Shown here: piece after piece, positions 1 to 15,238 of the stretch
Numbering within the stretch: the stretch's first letter is position 1
Layout: each line of letters starts with the position of its first letter
Notes under the pieces: model-generated
The model's database searches: none
Told to the model about the DNA's origin: nothing
Seen by the model: the letters and a program-made list of their open reading frames with translations, nothing else
Translations under genes and position numbers: made by a program
DNA from: Eledone cirrhosa
Taxonomy: Eukaryota
DNA: 64,000 nucleotides
Assembly (NCBI GenBank): GCA_964016885.1
Contig: OZ024761.1
Span: 31,186,001-31,250,000 of the forward strand
Direction of reading: 5' to 3'

Positions 1-111
1 GCGTGGGAGATCTTAAGGAGCCGCCGGAACAAATAGTGCTAGGCATTTGTCCGATGCTCTAACGATTCTGCCAGTCCCCGGCCCCTTGTATTGATACTAA
101 ATATTAGAAAT

Positions 112-302
112 AATTGTTTCTACATTTGGCACAAGGCCAGCAATTATCCCAGTGCATTACTGGTACTTTATTTTATCGAACCCGTAAGGATGAAAGGCAA
201 AGTTAACCTCGGCGGGATTTGAACTCAGACCGCAAAGGGCCGTAACTCTATGCTGGAAAACATGACGTCCGACCCTTCTACCGATACTGCCAATCCACCG
301 CC
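112..302 (-). mobile_element. tRNA-derived SINE family A, full-length representative (about 40 copies in window)
   Basis: Minus strand reads GGCGGTGGATTGGCAGTATCGGTAG (A box)...GAGTTCAAATCC (B box)...TTTCATCCTTACGGGTTCGATAAAATAAAGTACCAGT...CCTTGTGCCAAA, then a TTA-rich tail. Same ~190-bp unit recurs, e.g. 340-515, 31372-31572, 43895-44062, 44590-44782, 62633-62809. Confidence 0.9.
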
Positions 303-525
303 TTTTTATTTAAACGTATTATTTATTTCATAAATATTTGATTCTACTTTTTACCCAAGGCCACCAATTATCCCAGTGCATTACTGGTACTTTATTTTAT
401 CGAACCCGTAAGGAGGAAAGGCAAAGTTAACCTCGGCAGGATTTCAACTCAGACCGTAAAGGGACATAACTCTATGCTGGAAAGCACGGCGTCCAACCCT
501 CTACCAATACTGCCAACTAATGTGA

Positions 526-1340
526 AGGCGTCTGGCTTAGTGGTTACAGAGTTGGATTCGCAATCGTGAGGCTGCGAGTTCGATTCTCGGGACCGAGTGA
601 TGCGTTGTGTCCTTGAGCAAGACACTTTATTTCACGTTGCTCTTTCTTTCAGTAGATAGTATCTTGCGTCTGGGATCTTGTCGATCGTTTCCATCAAAGA
701 TTAGAAATGATTAGAAATGATATCAGTATTTCTGACACGAAGACGCATGGCTTAGTGGTTAGAGCGTTGGGTTTGCAATCATGAGGTTGCGAGTTCAATT
801 CTTAGGCCGGGTGATCCGTTGTGTCTTTGAGCAAGACACTTTATTTCACGTTGCTACAGTTTACTCAGCTGTAGAAATGAGTTGCGATGTCACTGGGGCC
901 AGGCTGTATCAGCCATTGCCTTTCACTTTATTTCACGTTGCTCCTTCTACCTGGATTTCCAACCGGTAGATAATATCAGCAATGGAAAGACCAATAGAAA
1001 CATTGTTTCCTCGGTCCGATTTGACGAGGTCCACCCCACTCCTCAAGCGAATGAGGTCTGGGATCCTGTCGATCGCTTCCATCAAAGATTAAAATTGATA
1101 ATAACATTTCTGATGTGGAGGTGCATGGATTAGTGGTTAGAGCGTTGGGCTTGCAGTCGTAAGGTTGTCAGTTGAATTCCCGGACCGGATGTCCTTGGGC
1201 AAGACACTTTATTTCACATTGCTCCAGTTTACTCAGCTGTAGAGATGAGTTGCGATGTTACTGGTGCCAATCTGTATCGGCCATTGCCTTTCTCTTGGAC
1301 ACCATCGGTGACGTGGAGATGGGTGGACTGGTTTTCATGG
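526..1340 (+). mobile_element. Cluster of three tRNA-derived SINE family B copies
   Basis: Heads TGGCTTAGTGGTTA(G)AG (A box) and GAGTTCGATTC (B box), then TTGAGCAAGACACTTTATTTCACGTTGCTC. Copies start at ~526, ~743 and ~1117. Related copies at 18643-18900, 62125-62412, 11790-12310 (minus, three diverged) and 30640-30765 (minus). Confidence 0.8.
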
Positions 1341-1562
1341 TCATTTTTATTGACAGATATAAAGTCGTTTAGAAATGGTAATCTTGTTTGGCCAACAATA
1401 TTTTATAATGAAATGAAAAACATTTACTGTACTTGGAGTAAAAGAGATTCACAATTTCGAGAAATGGAACACACACACACGTGTGTGTATGTATGTATGT
1501 ATGTATGTATGTATGTATGTATGTATGTATGTATGTATGTATGTATGTATGTATGTATGTAT

Positions 1563-1970
1563 GAGAGATGACCCCTTAGCCTTTGTCAAGGTAGAATTCT
1601 AGGAGAAGGAAAACTCTGATATAACACCTGCAACCCTGATAGTATCCAATGATGTTGACTTGTTCTTCTTTTTGGTAAATATCATCTTGGTTAAGAGAGT
1701 GGGACCTGCTTTGTGCAGTGCCTTTGCTCACTATAAAAGCTTCACGGCACAGGCATTGCTTTATATCTGGAGATCTCTCTGCACTTGTCGTCACATGGTA
1801 CCATGGATCCAGCACTATGTGTCAATAATTGTCACAAGTGTAGTGTCTGTACCAGAGTTTTCAAGTCGCTGGCTGGACTAAAAAGTCACACTCGTTCAGC
1901 GCATTGGTAGGGGTTCTCCTACATGGATATAAAGTAGTGGCCGTACTCGAAAACGAGTTGGCAGCCACCA
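1563..1970 (+). mobile_element. 5'-truncated copy of non-autonomous RTE-tailed retroelement
   Basis: Near-identical to 51505-51912. Ends GGCCGTACTCGAAAACGAGTTGGCAGCCACC followed by (ATGT)n. A shorter copy lies at 8588-8692. Confidence 0.8.
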
Positions 1971-2056
1971 TGTATGTATGTATGTATGTATGTATGTATG
2001 TATGTATGTATGTATGTATGTATGTATGTATGTGTGTGTGTATATATGTGTCTGTG

Positions 2057-2096
<40 letters not shown>

Positions 2097-2271
2097 TATA
2101 TATGTATGTATGTCTATATATGTGTATGTATGTATATATATGTATGTCTGTATATGTGTATGTATGTATATATATGTCTATATGTATGTATATTTATATA
2201 TGTATGTGTATATATATATATATATATATTCACACACACAGATATATATATATATATATATATACATATAT

Positions 2272-2339
<68 letters not shown>

Positions 2340-2864
2340 AGAGAGAGAGAACGGGATTTGGACAAAGAATCGACCCCAGTAGTAGACTGGTACATTTTTT
2401 TATCGACATTGAATGGATGAAAGGCAAAGTTGACCTCGGCGGGATTTGAACTGAGAGAGCAGAGAACCCGAAAAAATAAAAACTGCAAAGCATTCCCTCG
2501 GACGTTCTAACGACTCTGCCAATTCCCCGCCTCCTTGGTGGAGGGAAAGGGGGAGAGTTAATTAGGCTTAATAAGGATTGGCATCAATAGAGGTCATGAT
2601 AATATTATTGGCTATTATTAAATGATGTCTGGAGAGCCGCCATATTAATCTGGTTAACATAATTAATGTTTGGTATAAGTAATATTGGTAATGACTTTAG
2701 GGAAACAACAACAACAGTAACAGCAACAGCAACAATAACAACTACAGTAGTAGCAGAATATAACAACAGCAATAGCAACTGCAGCAGCAAAAATAACAGC
2801 AACAACAGCAGCAATAACAACAACAATATTTAGGTAACTGTAACAGTAACAACAACAACTTCCA

Positions 2865-3428
2865 GAGTAAGAAAGAAGGAGAGGGGAGAGAGGGGAGAAA
2901 GTAGATGGAGAAGGGAGAGAGAGAGAGAGAAAGAGAGTGAAGGGGAGAGAGGGAGAAAGAAAGAGAGGAGAGAGAAAGACGGGAGAGAGGAAGAGAGAAA
3001 GGCGGGAGAGAGTGATAAAGAAAGAAGGGAGAGAGGGAGAAGGGCGAGAGGGAGAAAGAAAGATGGGAGAGAGTGAGAAAAAAAGAGAGGAGAGAGAAAG
3101 AAGGGACAGAGAGGGGGTGGGAGAAAAGGAGAGAGAAAGAATGGGAGAGAGGGAGAGAGAAATATGGGAGAGAGGGAGAAAGAATGGGAGAGAGGCAGAG
3201 AGAAATATGGGAGAGAGGGAGAAAGATAGAGGGGAGAGAGTGAGATAAAGAATGAAGGGGGGAGAGGGAGAGAGAAAGATGGGATAGAGAAAGATGGGAA
3301 AGAGAGGGAGAAAGAGAGAGAAAGAAAGGAGAAAGAAATGGAGAAAGAAAGAAGTGAGAGAGAGAAGGGGAGAGAAAAGGACAAAGAAAGAAAAAATGAA
3401 GGGAGAGAGAGAAAAAAAAAGAGAGAGA

Positions 3429-3487
<59 letters not shown>
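2865..3487. repeat. Purine-rich (GA) low-complexity tract
   Basis: Nearly pure A/G sequence ending in perfect (GA)n. Confidence 0.9.
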
Positions 3488-4079
3488 ATAGACCTCCCCC
3501 ATTACTTTATTTATCGACCTCGAAAGTACAGAATGCGGGATTTGAACTCCAAGAGTACAACGAACCGGAACGAATACTGCAAACCATTCCATATTCTATA
3601 TTCGATGCTCTAACAACTTTACTAATTCGTCTCTTCTCGTAGCTGATACCTTGATGACAATAGCAGACGACTGTTTGGACTGATCTAGTTGTATGGAATC
3701 CTGTATAAGATGTCAATGGAACCGATTGTTCTATAGTCCAGCCAAGTACACGAGATTTTGCTATCAAAGCTGGCACTGTAAATGCATTGTTGAATATTGT
3801 CTCACAGGATAATAGCTTTGTCTGCAATCTTTTAAAAGACTGATACTATGTTTTGATACTATTCGGAGAATGCGTGTACATATGTACGCACACATGTGTA
3901 TTTGTGTGTATGTATGTATGTACGTATGTAGATATATGTATGTTTGTATAAATTTATATATGTATATGCCTGTATGTTATGTATGCACATATATGTTTGT
4001 ATAAATGTATATGCCTGTATGTATCCACATATATATGTGTTTGTATAAATCTATATATGTATATGCTTATATGTTTGCA

Positions 4080-4930
4080 CATATTTGTATGTTTGTATAA
4101 ATGTATATATTTATGTGTATGTATGTATGCACATATATGTATGTTTGTATAAATGTATATATTTATGTGTATGTATGTATGCACATATATGTATGTTTGT
4201 ATAAATGTATATATTTATGTGTATGTATGTATGCACATATATGTATGTTTGTATAAATGTATATATTTATGTGTATGAATGTATGCACATATATGTATGT
4301 TTGTATAAATGTATATATTTATGTGTATGTATGTATGCACATATATGTATGTTTGTATAAATGTATATATTTATGTGTATGTATGTATGCACATATATGT
4401 ATGTTTGTATAAATGTATATATTTATGTATATGTATGTATGCACATATATATATATGTTTGTATAAATGTATATATTTATGTGTATGTATGTATGCACAT
4501 ATATGTATGTTTGTATAAATGTATATATTTATGTGTATGTATGTATGCACATATATATATGTTTGTATAAATGTATATATTTATGTGTATGTATGTATAC
4601 ACATATATGCATGTTTGTATAAGTGTATATATTTATGTGTATGTATGTATGCACATATATGTATGTTTGTATAAATGTATATATTTATGTGTATGTATGT
4701 ATGCACATATATGTATGTTTGTATAAATGTATATATGTATATGCTTATATGTTTGCACATATATGTATGTTTGTATAAATGTATATATTTATGTATATGT
4801 ATGTATGCACATATATATATGTTTGTATAAATCTATATATTTATGTATATGTATGTATGCACATATATGCATGTTTGTATAAATCTATATATTTATATGC
4901 GTGTATGTATGCACATATATATATGTTTGT
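4080..4930. repeat. 52-bp minisatellite built from TATG/TA microsatellite
   Basis: Unit ATGTTTGTATAAATGTATATATTTATGTGTATGTATGTATGCACATATATGT, with starts at 4141 and 4193. Confidence 0.85.
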
Positions 4931-5125
4931 ATAAAAGTATATATGTATATATATCTGTATAAATGCTTGTGTATATGCACATATGTATGTGTGTATGCTT
5001 GTGTATACACACATATGTATGTGTGTATGTATGCTCGTATGTATGTACGTATGTATATAGGTATCTACCTATCTATTTATCTATCTCTCTATCTATCTAT
5101 CTATCTATTTATCTATTTATCTATC

Positions 5126-5172
<47 letters not shown>

Positions 5173-5277
5173 ATATATATATATATATGTATAAATATGT
5201 ATATAATATACTAAACTTAAGCCCAAATCTCTCTCTATATATATATGTATAAATATTTGTGTAGATATATATGCACT

Positions 5278-5409
<132 letters not shown>

Positions 5410-5448
5410 TATATATATACACATATATATATATATATATACACACAC

Positions 5449-5616
<168 letters not shown>

Positions 5617-6024
5617 GAGAGAGATTTATAAATACGTATATATATATGTAAACAGTAAAAAAATAGAAAAATTAGTCACGGCTGCCTCTGGCACCCTTGT
5701 TTCTATAAAAATAAACAATTACAAAGATAGATCGATACATTGTGTAAATATAGAATAAAATAGTAAAGACTGAGATCCAAGTAGACGATGATATCGCATC
5801 ATAGTGTAAAGATCAAAGAACAGTTGCAACCGAATTTCAGCAAACAGTGCCAAGACAAAGAGACTTGGAAAGAGAGAAACAAAGCTACATACTATATATC
5901 TCTATATATTTCTATATAGTATATAGAAATATATAGAGATATATATAGAAGGAAATAAGAGAATTTTCCAATGGGAGGAGAAGTTTAATGAAATCTGAGA
6001 TAAAAAAGAGTTGAAGCTGACACA

Positions 6025-6101
<77 letters not shown>

Positions 6102-6133
6102 AGATCAAAAGATGGTTAAAGGAGTTCCATGTA

Positions 6134-6200
6134 TTTTATTATGCGCATTTCAAAAACAAACATCATCATGCAATAATATTTGTGTTTTCATCAGATAAAA
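6134..6200 (-). ncRNA. Type I hammerhead ribozyme motif, intact core
   Basis: Minus strand: UUUUAU-CUGAUGA-[AAACACAAAU...GUUUGUUUUU]-GAAA-UGCGCA-UA-AUAAAA. Stem I is 6 bp, stem III is palindromic, cleavage triplet AUA. Confidence 0.8.
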
Positions 6201-6370
6201 CAGGAGAACATGATATGAAGGCTAAAAAAACACTTGTGGATAGTGCAGTTTTAAATCAACATATCTTATATTATGTATACTCCAGTCCTACAAACTGTAG
6301 AGTGCTTCTTATCCGATATCTGCATTGCTTTATTGTACTACAATAAAACTCACCTCCTACATATATATAT

Positions 6371-6459
<89 letters not shown>

Positions 6460-6574
6460 AATATGTAGCAATAAATATTGACAGATGAACAGTATTTGAC
6501 TAGCACACAATTGGTTGGAGTTCTCTGAGTGTATGAGTGCGAGCGTGTGTGTATCTGTGTATGTGTGCTTGAGT

Positions 6575-6640
<66 letters not shown>

Positions 6641-6642
<2 letters not shown>

Positions 6643-6785
6643 CATTTAGTCCAGAATTAGCCGTCGAAACGGCTTGAGCTCAGCCGTCGGGGTCCTACTC
6701 GTTCCTATTACCCACTCTACTACCCTAAGTATTGAGTACTTTGGTGCGTTATGGTCCACCTGGTTCCTTACCACATTTCCTCCGT

Positions 6786-6786
<1 letters not shown>
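6641..6786 (+). mobile_element. Hammerhead-family-1 terminal fragment (Penelope-like), non-inverted
   Basis: Carries the 3' half of the hammerhead (GAAACGGCTTGAGCTCAGCCGTC-GGGGT) plus an ~90-nt tail. Flanked by (TA)n. Confidence 0.75.
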
Positions 6787-6812
<26 letters not shown>

Positions 6813-6817
<5 letters not shown>

Positions 6818-7158
6818 GTATTTCATCCCGCAGGGTGTCCAAATATCACCCTCCTCACCATGCTAGCTTGGTGGGGTTAACGGTTTAGTCGCCGACGACC
6901 CGACCATGAGACAGGTTGTACTGGGTTACATGTTACCAGTAGCACTCGAGAGCGACCCGACAAAGGGCGGAGGAACTCAGCAGAGTCAACAGCCATCCAA
7001 ATAGTATTTATTTATTTTTTTTTTTTTTTTCTACCTGGGAGTGAAAGGCCCCAGTTGTTGTAACAACACCTTTCTAGGAGAGGGAAACTCTGAAAAAAAA
7101 AACAAACCTGCAGCTTCAGAAGCATCCGATGATGTTGACCAGTTCTTCTTTTCGGGTA
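6813..7158. mobile_element. Diverged 5' part of the RTE-tailed element with inverted first ~145 bp
   Basis: 6815-6960 is the reverse complement of 51304-51440. 6960-7158 matches 51460-51620 in the same orientation. Confidence 0.65.
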
Positions 7159-7168
7159 GAATAATAAC

Positions 7169-7543
7169 AATTGTTTCTACTTTTGGCACAAGGCCAGGGA
7201 TTACCCAGTTCATTACTGGTACTTTATTTTATTGACCCCGTAAGGATGAAAGTCAAAGTTAACTTCTGTGGGATTTGAACTCAGACCGTAAAGGGCCGTA
7301 ACTCTATGCTGAAAAGCATGGTGTCTGACGCTCTACCGATACTGCCAATCCGCCGCGTAGTTGGATTGGCAGTATCGGTAGAGAGTCGTACACCATGCTT
7401 TGCAGCATAGAGTTATGGACCTTTACGGTTTGAGTTCAAATCCCGTCGAGGTTAACTTTGCCTTTCATCCTTATGGGTCGATAAAATAGTACCAGTAATA
7501 CACTGGGGTAATTGCTGGCCTTGTGCCAAAAGTAGAAATTATT
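7169..7543. mobile_element. Head-to-head inverted pair of SINE A copies
   Basis: Minus copy 7169-7356 and plus copy 7362-7543, a few bp apart. Confidence 0.85.
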
Positions 7544-7635
7544 ATTGTTGCAGTTGTTGTAGTTGCTGTAGTAGTTGCTGTTGTAGTTATAGTTGTAGTT
7601 GTTATTGTTGTAGTTGTTGTAGTTGTTGTTGTAGT

Positions 7636-7673
<38 letters not shown>

Positions 7674-7680
7674 CATACAT

Positions 7681-8420
7681 TCGAAGCATAGGAGCCCGTT
7701 TCTCGAGCAAGTCTATCTGCATGAAACAGATAAGATAATGAGAGTTGGGAAGGAACTCCTTGAGAGATATTCCCTGTGTGATAATCAAAAACTCACATCC
7801 AGGGATGTCGCTCAGCAGTATCGCAGTGAATCCATGGATGGAATCCATAGAAACTGCAAGCCTATCAGCAAAAAATCATGCATGGATATGTTGCCAGGAA
7901 GCTCCAGAGTGAGAGTAATATAGATAAGGAAAGTAGTCTATCTTGGACCAACAACCGCTATATTGGCTCCTACTTTGAAGGACACGCTTTTGCAATCCAG
8001 GAACAGGAGATTAGCACGAAATACCTGATCCACAAAAGTGATAGGGATGCAGGCAAAACACCTAGATGTGATAACAAGTGCAGACTCTGCAGAACTAACA
8101 TCGAGCATATCACCCATATCATTAGCAGCTGTCCAAAGATGTCATCGCCGTACTATCTACCAATGAGGCATGATGTAGTGGCCAAAACACTGTACAATGC
8201 AGTTCGTAAAAAGATAGCCCCGATAACAAACACATTAAAAGCTACAACAATGTGGAAGACATCCATGTACATAATATGAAAGAGTACTGGTGGAATGTTC
8301 CAGTAAAAACCCCAATAAAATGCAGGCATAACAGACCAGATATTATGATATGGGACAAGGAGAAGAAAACATGCACAGTAGTGGAAATTAGCTGCCCAGA
8401 ATCCAATAACGTGAAAATAG
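7681..8420 (+). mobile_element. R4/Dong-like non-LTR retrotransposon C-terminal fragment (zinc knuckle + restriction-like endonuclease), frameshifted
   Basis: Translation includes FAIQEQEI, CRLC...HIISSC (CCHC) and RHDVVAK, then after a frameshift YWWNVP...HNRPDIMIWDKEKKTCTVVEISCP (PD-(D/E) motif). Confidence 0.85.
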
Positions 8421-8484
8421 AAAATAAATGAAAAATAAAAAAATTAAGATTCAAATAAAATAAAATGTGTGTGTTATAACCAAA

Positions 8485-10289
<1,805 letters not shown>

Positions 10290-10290
<1 letters not shown>

Positions 10291-10590
10291 ATTCCATATA
10301 TGGTAAAAGTGATTGTCACAAGGATTGGTCAAAAGTTTGTTGTTGAGACATATCCTTTTGACCAATCCTTGTGACAATCACTTTTACCATATATGGAATT
10401 ACCCCCTGAGAAGCTCGGCTATTCAAATACCAGGATAAACATTTTCATTTAGTCCAGAATTAGCCGTCGAAACGGCTTGAGCTCAGCCGTCGGGGTCCTA
10501 CTTCGTTCCTATTACCCACTCTACTACCCTAAGTATTGAGTACCTTAGTGCGTTATGGTCCATCTGGTTCCTTACCACATTTCCTTCGTT
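10290..10590 (+). mobile_element. Longest hammerhead-family-1 copy with 5' inverted repeat
   Basis: Arms of ~45 bp (10290-10336 / 10355-10400), then the hammerhead and tail. (TA)n on both sides. Confidence 0.75.
10401..10496 (+). ncRNA. Type I hammerhead ribozyme motif (family 1), variant 5' core
   Basis: ACCCC-CUGAGAA-[CGGCUAUUC...GAAUUAGCCG]-GAAA-CGGC(UUGAGCUCA)GCCG-UC-GGGGU. GUC triplet. Core deviates from CUGANGA. Confidence 0.7.
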
Positions 10591-10686
10591 ATATATGCAT
10601 ATATGTATGTGTATATATATATATGAATATATGTATATATATATATATATATGTATGTGTGTACATATATATATATATGAATATAT

Positions 10687-10718
<32 letters not shown>

Positions 10719-10735
10719 ATATATATATATATATA

Positions 10736-10777
<42 letters not shown>

Positions 10778-10791
10778 TATATATATATATG

Positions 10792-10974
<183 letters not shown>

Positions 10975-11001
10975 ATATATGTATGTATATATGTATGTAT
11001 G

Positions 11002-11057
<56 letters not shown>

Positions 11058-12354
11058 TATATATATAACCTCGAATGTAATTATTGTTTTTGCGGGGTCC
11101 TTATGTATTGATTATTCAAGTTGTTTTGTTTCAATAATGGAAATGGAAAATCGATCAGAGAATTGTGAAGAACACAACCGAACAGACTAACAGAATGTAT
11201 GAATTAATATCAAAATTGGATCAGAACAATACACAGTCATGTTGTTCAGTGCATCCTGCCATTTTCTTAGACTAAAATGAACTGATTCTTTCAACCCAGC
11301 TCACTAGTTCCACAACCATGACTAGCTTTTCGTCGTTGTCGTCTTTTCCTTCTAAGGCAACAAAAAAAAAAAACTCGCGAGTTAGGGATGGCTTTTGCAG
11401 CAGGTGTCATAGTTAGAATACATTTTTTCAAGTCTTGTCTGCGGGTCGCAGTGACATTACCGCCCCACTTGTAGGCTCAGAGCCCTATCACCCTACCCTT
11501 CGCCCATTACTCTCCTCATTCTTTTGTGACACTAGAACTCTTGCTTTTCCATTCCTTTTCTGTTTTTTTTTTTTATATTTTCTTATTTTACATTCCATTC
11601 CTTCTTCTCAATCTAAAAAAATTTTTTTTCTTTTTCTATTAAATTGTTTTTACTAAAATGTAAATAAAACTTTAACAAGTTAGTTTGTCTTTCGTCGCAC
11701 CCGTTCTTCCTTTCATGAACCTAAACACTTGCCAGGCAGGCCTGGAACGCTTATCTCTGTTTCATTGGCGTTAAGCCACTTAAATGAAAACACCTCCTTC
11801 CATCTTTGGCTCAAGAACGCAACACAACACACCGCTCGTTTCGATTTGTGAATTTAACTCGCAAGTCTATGACCGCGAGCCCACAAGTCTAACTATAACC
11901 ACTAGTCCTCAGCCATGGGTTAAATAGCCTCACCAACCCACAATTGGCTAGGCGTGGTGAGTACGACAACACCCCTGAAAACATGACCAAAACCAAAGGC
12001 GGTGGAGGTCAACCAGGGAAGGGTTCCTCCAACAGGAATGAGAAGGTCCTAGATTGGATTGGATTGACTCAAGAACACAACGCAACACCCAGTCTGTGAA
12101 TCGAACTCAGAAGTCCATCACCGCGATCCTACTTGTCTAACGATAACCAATAGTCCAGACGCCATGGATTAAATAGGCTCACCCCTACCCCATAATAAGC
12201 TTGGCTCAAGAACAAAACACCCCGCTCGGTCCGATTTATGAATCGAACACGTAACTCTATGACCGCAAGCCCCTTAGTTTAACCATAACAACTAGGCCAG
12301 ACGTCTTTCAGAAATATCCACAGCGAAGCCTTTAAAGCATGAGAAGTACAAATA

Positions 12355-13628
12355 TTGGTTTTTGATTTAGGCACAAGGTCAACAATTTTGGGGCGAGGGA
12401 AAAGTCGATTAAATTGACCCCAGTGCATTACTAGTACTTTATTTTATCAATCCCGTAAATAATTGTTTCTACTTTAGGCACAAGGCCAGCAATTACGCAG
12501 TGCATTACTGGTACTTTATTTTATCGACCCCGTAAGGATGAAAGGCAAAGTCAACCTCGGCGGGATTTGAACTCATGCCGTAAAGGGACGTAACTCTATG
12601 CTGGAAAGCATGGCGTCCGACCCTCTACCGATACTGCCATCCCGTAAATAATGAAAGGTAAAGTTAACCTCGGCAGGTTTTGAACCCAGAACATAAAAGG
12701 CCGTAACTCTATGCCATAAAGCAGAGGTTCTCAAACTTTTTTGGGCCACCGCCTCCTCTCATGGCCACGTAAAACCCTCAGCACCCCCAACCCTATTTCC
12801 AGAGAGACCTGCTTACACGCAAATTATAAATAATATATAATAAATAATTGTTTCTACTTTTGGCACAAGGCCAGCAATTACCCCAGTGCATTACTGGTAC
12901 TTTATTTTATCGACCCCGTAAGGATGAATGGCAAAGTTAACCTCGGCGGGATTTGAACCCAGACCATAAAGGGCCCGTAACTCTATGCTGCAAAGCATGG
13001 CGTCTGACCCTCTACCGATACTGCCAATCCATAAATAATTGTTTCTACTTTTGGCACAAGGCCAGAAATTACCCAGTACATTACTGGTACTTTATTTTAT
13101 CGACCCCGTAAGGATGAAAGGCAAAGTTAACCTTGGCCGGATTTGAACTCAGATCATAAAGGGACGTAACTATGCTGGAAAGCATGTCCGACCCTCTACC
13201 GATACTGCAAGCATGGCGTCCGACCCTCTACCGATACTGCCAATCCATAAATAATTGTTTCTACTTTTAGCACAAGGCCAGCAATTACCCCAGTGCATTA
13301 CTGGTACTTTATTTTATCGACCCCGTAAGGATGAAAGGCAAAGTTAACCTCGGCGGGATTTGAACTCAGAATGGCAAGGGCCGTAACTCTATGCGTCAAA
13401 GCATGGCGTCTGACCCTCTACCGATACTGCCAATCCATAAATAATTTTTTTTTTCTACTTTAGGCACAAGGCCAGCAATTACACAGTACATTACTGGTAC
13501 TTTATTTTATCGACCCCGTAAGGATGAAAGACAAAGTTAACCTTGGCCGGATTTGAACTCAGATCATAAAGGGACGTAACTATGCTGGAAAGCATGGCGT
13601 CCGACCCTCTACCGATACTGCCAATCCA
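12355..13628 (-). mobile_element. Head-to-tail array of about 7 SINE A copies
   Basis: Repeated junction GCCAATCCATAAATAATTGTTTCTAC at ~13025, ~13240 and ~13430. Confidence 0.85.
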
Positions 13629-13874
13629 TAAATAATATCGTTAATTCATATATAATAAATAATATATATACTATGTATAAATATTATATATTTTTTATTT
13701 TACTATATTTATATATAGTACTAGACCACACGTGACCCGTTGGGTCATGTTCACTTAAAAATATTTTTAAATAATTAAAATATAGACAGGCATATATATA
13801 ATGTGAAATGAAACTGGAAGGTCCATATATATATACGTGTGTGTATGTATATATATAAATGTGTATGTGTGTAT

Positions 13875-13962
<88 letters not shown>

Positions 13963-14035
13963 ATATGTGGGTGTCTGGGATCTACTTGCACTAGTCATAG
14001 ACGCACACATACACACATATATATACACACACACA

Positions 14036-14097
<62 letters not shown>

Positions 14098-14689
14098 ACA
14101 ACACCACCACCACCAGCTCTCTTCCATTCTCCATCTCTGTCTCCTCTCCCTCGCTCTATGTGTCTCTTTCAATCTACTCTGTCACAGCCACTATCTCTTT
14201 CTTCTCTCTGTTTATGAGGGTACCCGGAAAAACCCCATATCTCGGGAATCCATGCTCCGATTTACGCGAAACTTGTTCTATTCCATTTGAATTCCCATTT
14301 CAGGCTCAACTTCCTTTCGTAGTATTTTCCCATTATGCGCCCTTTTGGCCGTATTTCATTACAGACAAGCAAGGAAGCAAGCACAGACTTGGCAGTATCG
14401 GTAGAGGGCCCTTTATGGTCTGAGTTCAAATCCCGCCGAGGTTAACTTTGCCTTTCATGTCTACGGGGTCGATAAAATAAAGTACCAGTAATACACTGGG
14501 ATAATTACTGGCCTTGTGCCAAACGTAGAAACAAGTATTATATAGATCGATGCATCGTTTAATATTTAATATACTATTATATCATCTTTACCACTCCTTA
14601 AGACCCCAGTGACCCCTGGACTTTCTCAACGGCCTACCCCCCCCCCCCGGGGGGAGTGGAGGCGGAAGCGCCCACTTTGAGAACCTCTG
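12722..14689. mobile_element. hAT (Charlie-like) non-autonomous DNA transposon with nested insertions
   Basis: TIRs CAGAGGTTCTCAAA (12722) and TTTGAGAACCTCTG (14689). 8-bp TSD CCATAAAG/CCATAAAC. The interrupted SINE resumes after 14697. Another right end at ~46960-46976. Confidence 0.75.
13720..13822 (-). mobile_element. Helitron-like 3' terminus
   Basis: Minus strand: hairpin TGACCC-AAC-GGGTCA, 8 nt, then CTAG|T. Upstream sequence resembles 26845-26885. Confidence 0.6.
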
Positions 14690-15194
14690 CCATAAACCAT
14701 GTTGTCCGGTGCTCTACCGATCCTGCCAATCCACCACGAGAAGGTGAAGTATAAATATTGGTTTCTTATATAGGCACAAAGCCAGTGATTTTGGGGGAGG
14801 GGAAAGTCGATTAAATCGACCCCAGTGCGTGACTGGTACTTTATTTTATCGACCTCGGCGGGATTTGAACTCAGATCATAAAGGGCCGTAACTCTTTGCT
14901 GCAAAGCATGGCGTCCGACTCTCTACCAATCCTGCCAATCCACCACGAGAAGGTGAAGTATAAATATTGCTGTATTTCCCATGTCGAGTGTTAATAAGTT
15001 TCCAAACATTTATCGTGTTTTTATTACATATTTAATGTATTTATAGTAAATATTTTACTATGTTACGTAGATATGTTATAATTTAACAAGGGAATGACAG
15101 ATTACCGACATTGTTATGACACTAGTATTCGTTAGTTACTAGTTCAGTTAAACTTTATATGTTTATATATATATATATATTAAACTTTATGTGT

Positions 15195-15238
<44 letters not shown>

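Noticed and set aside
526-600. tRNA genes at SINE heads
   Set aside because: A/B boxes are present, but acceptor stems are broken and the sequences continue into SINE bodies.
3650-3860. Unique sequence with minus-strand ORF and CAAG|GTATCA donor
   Set aside because: No clear acceptor and no recognisable protein motif.
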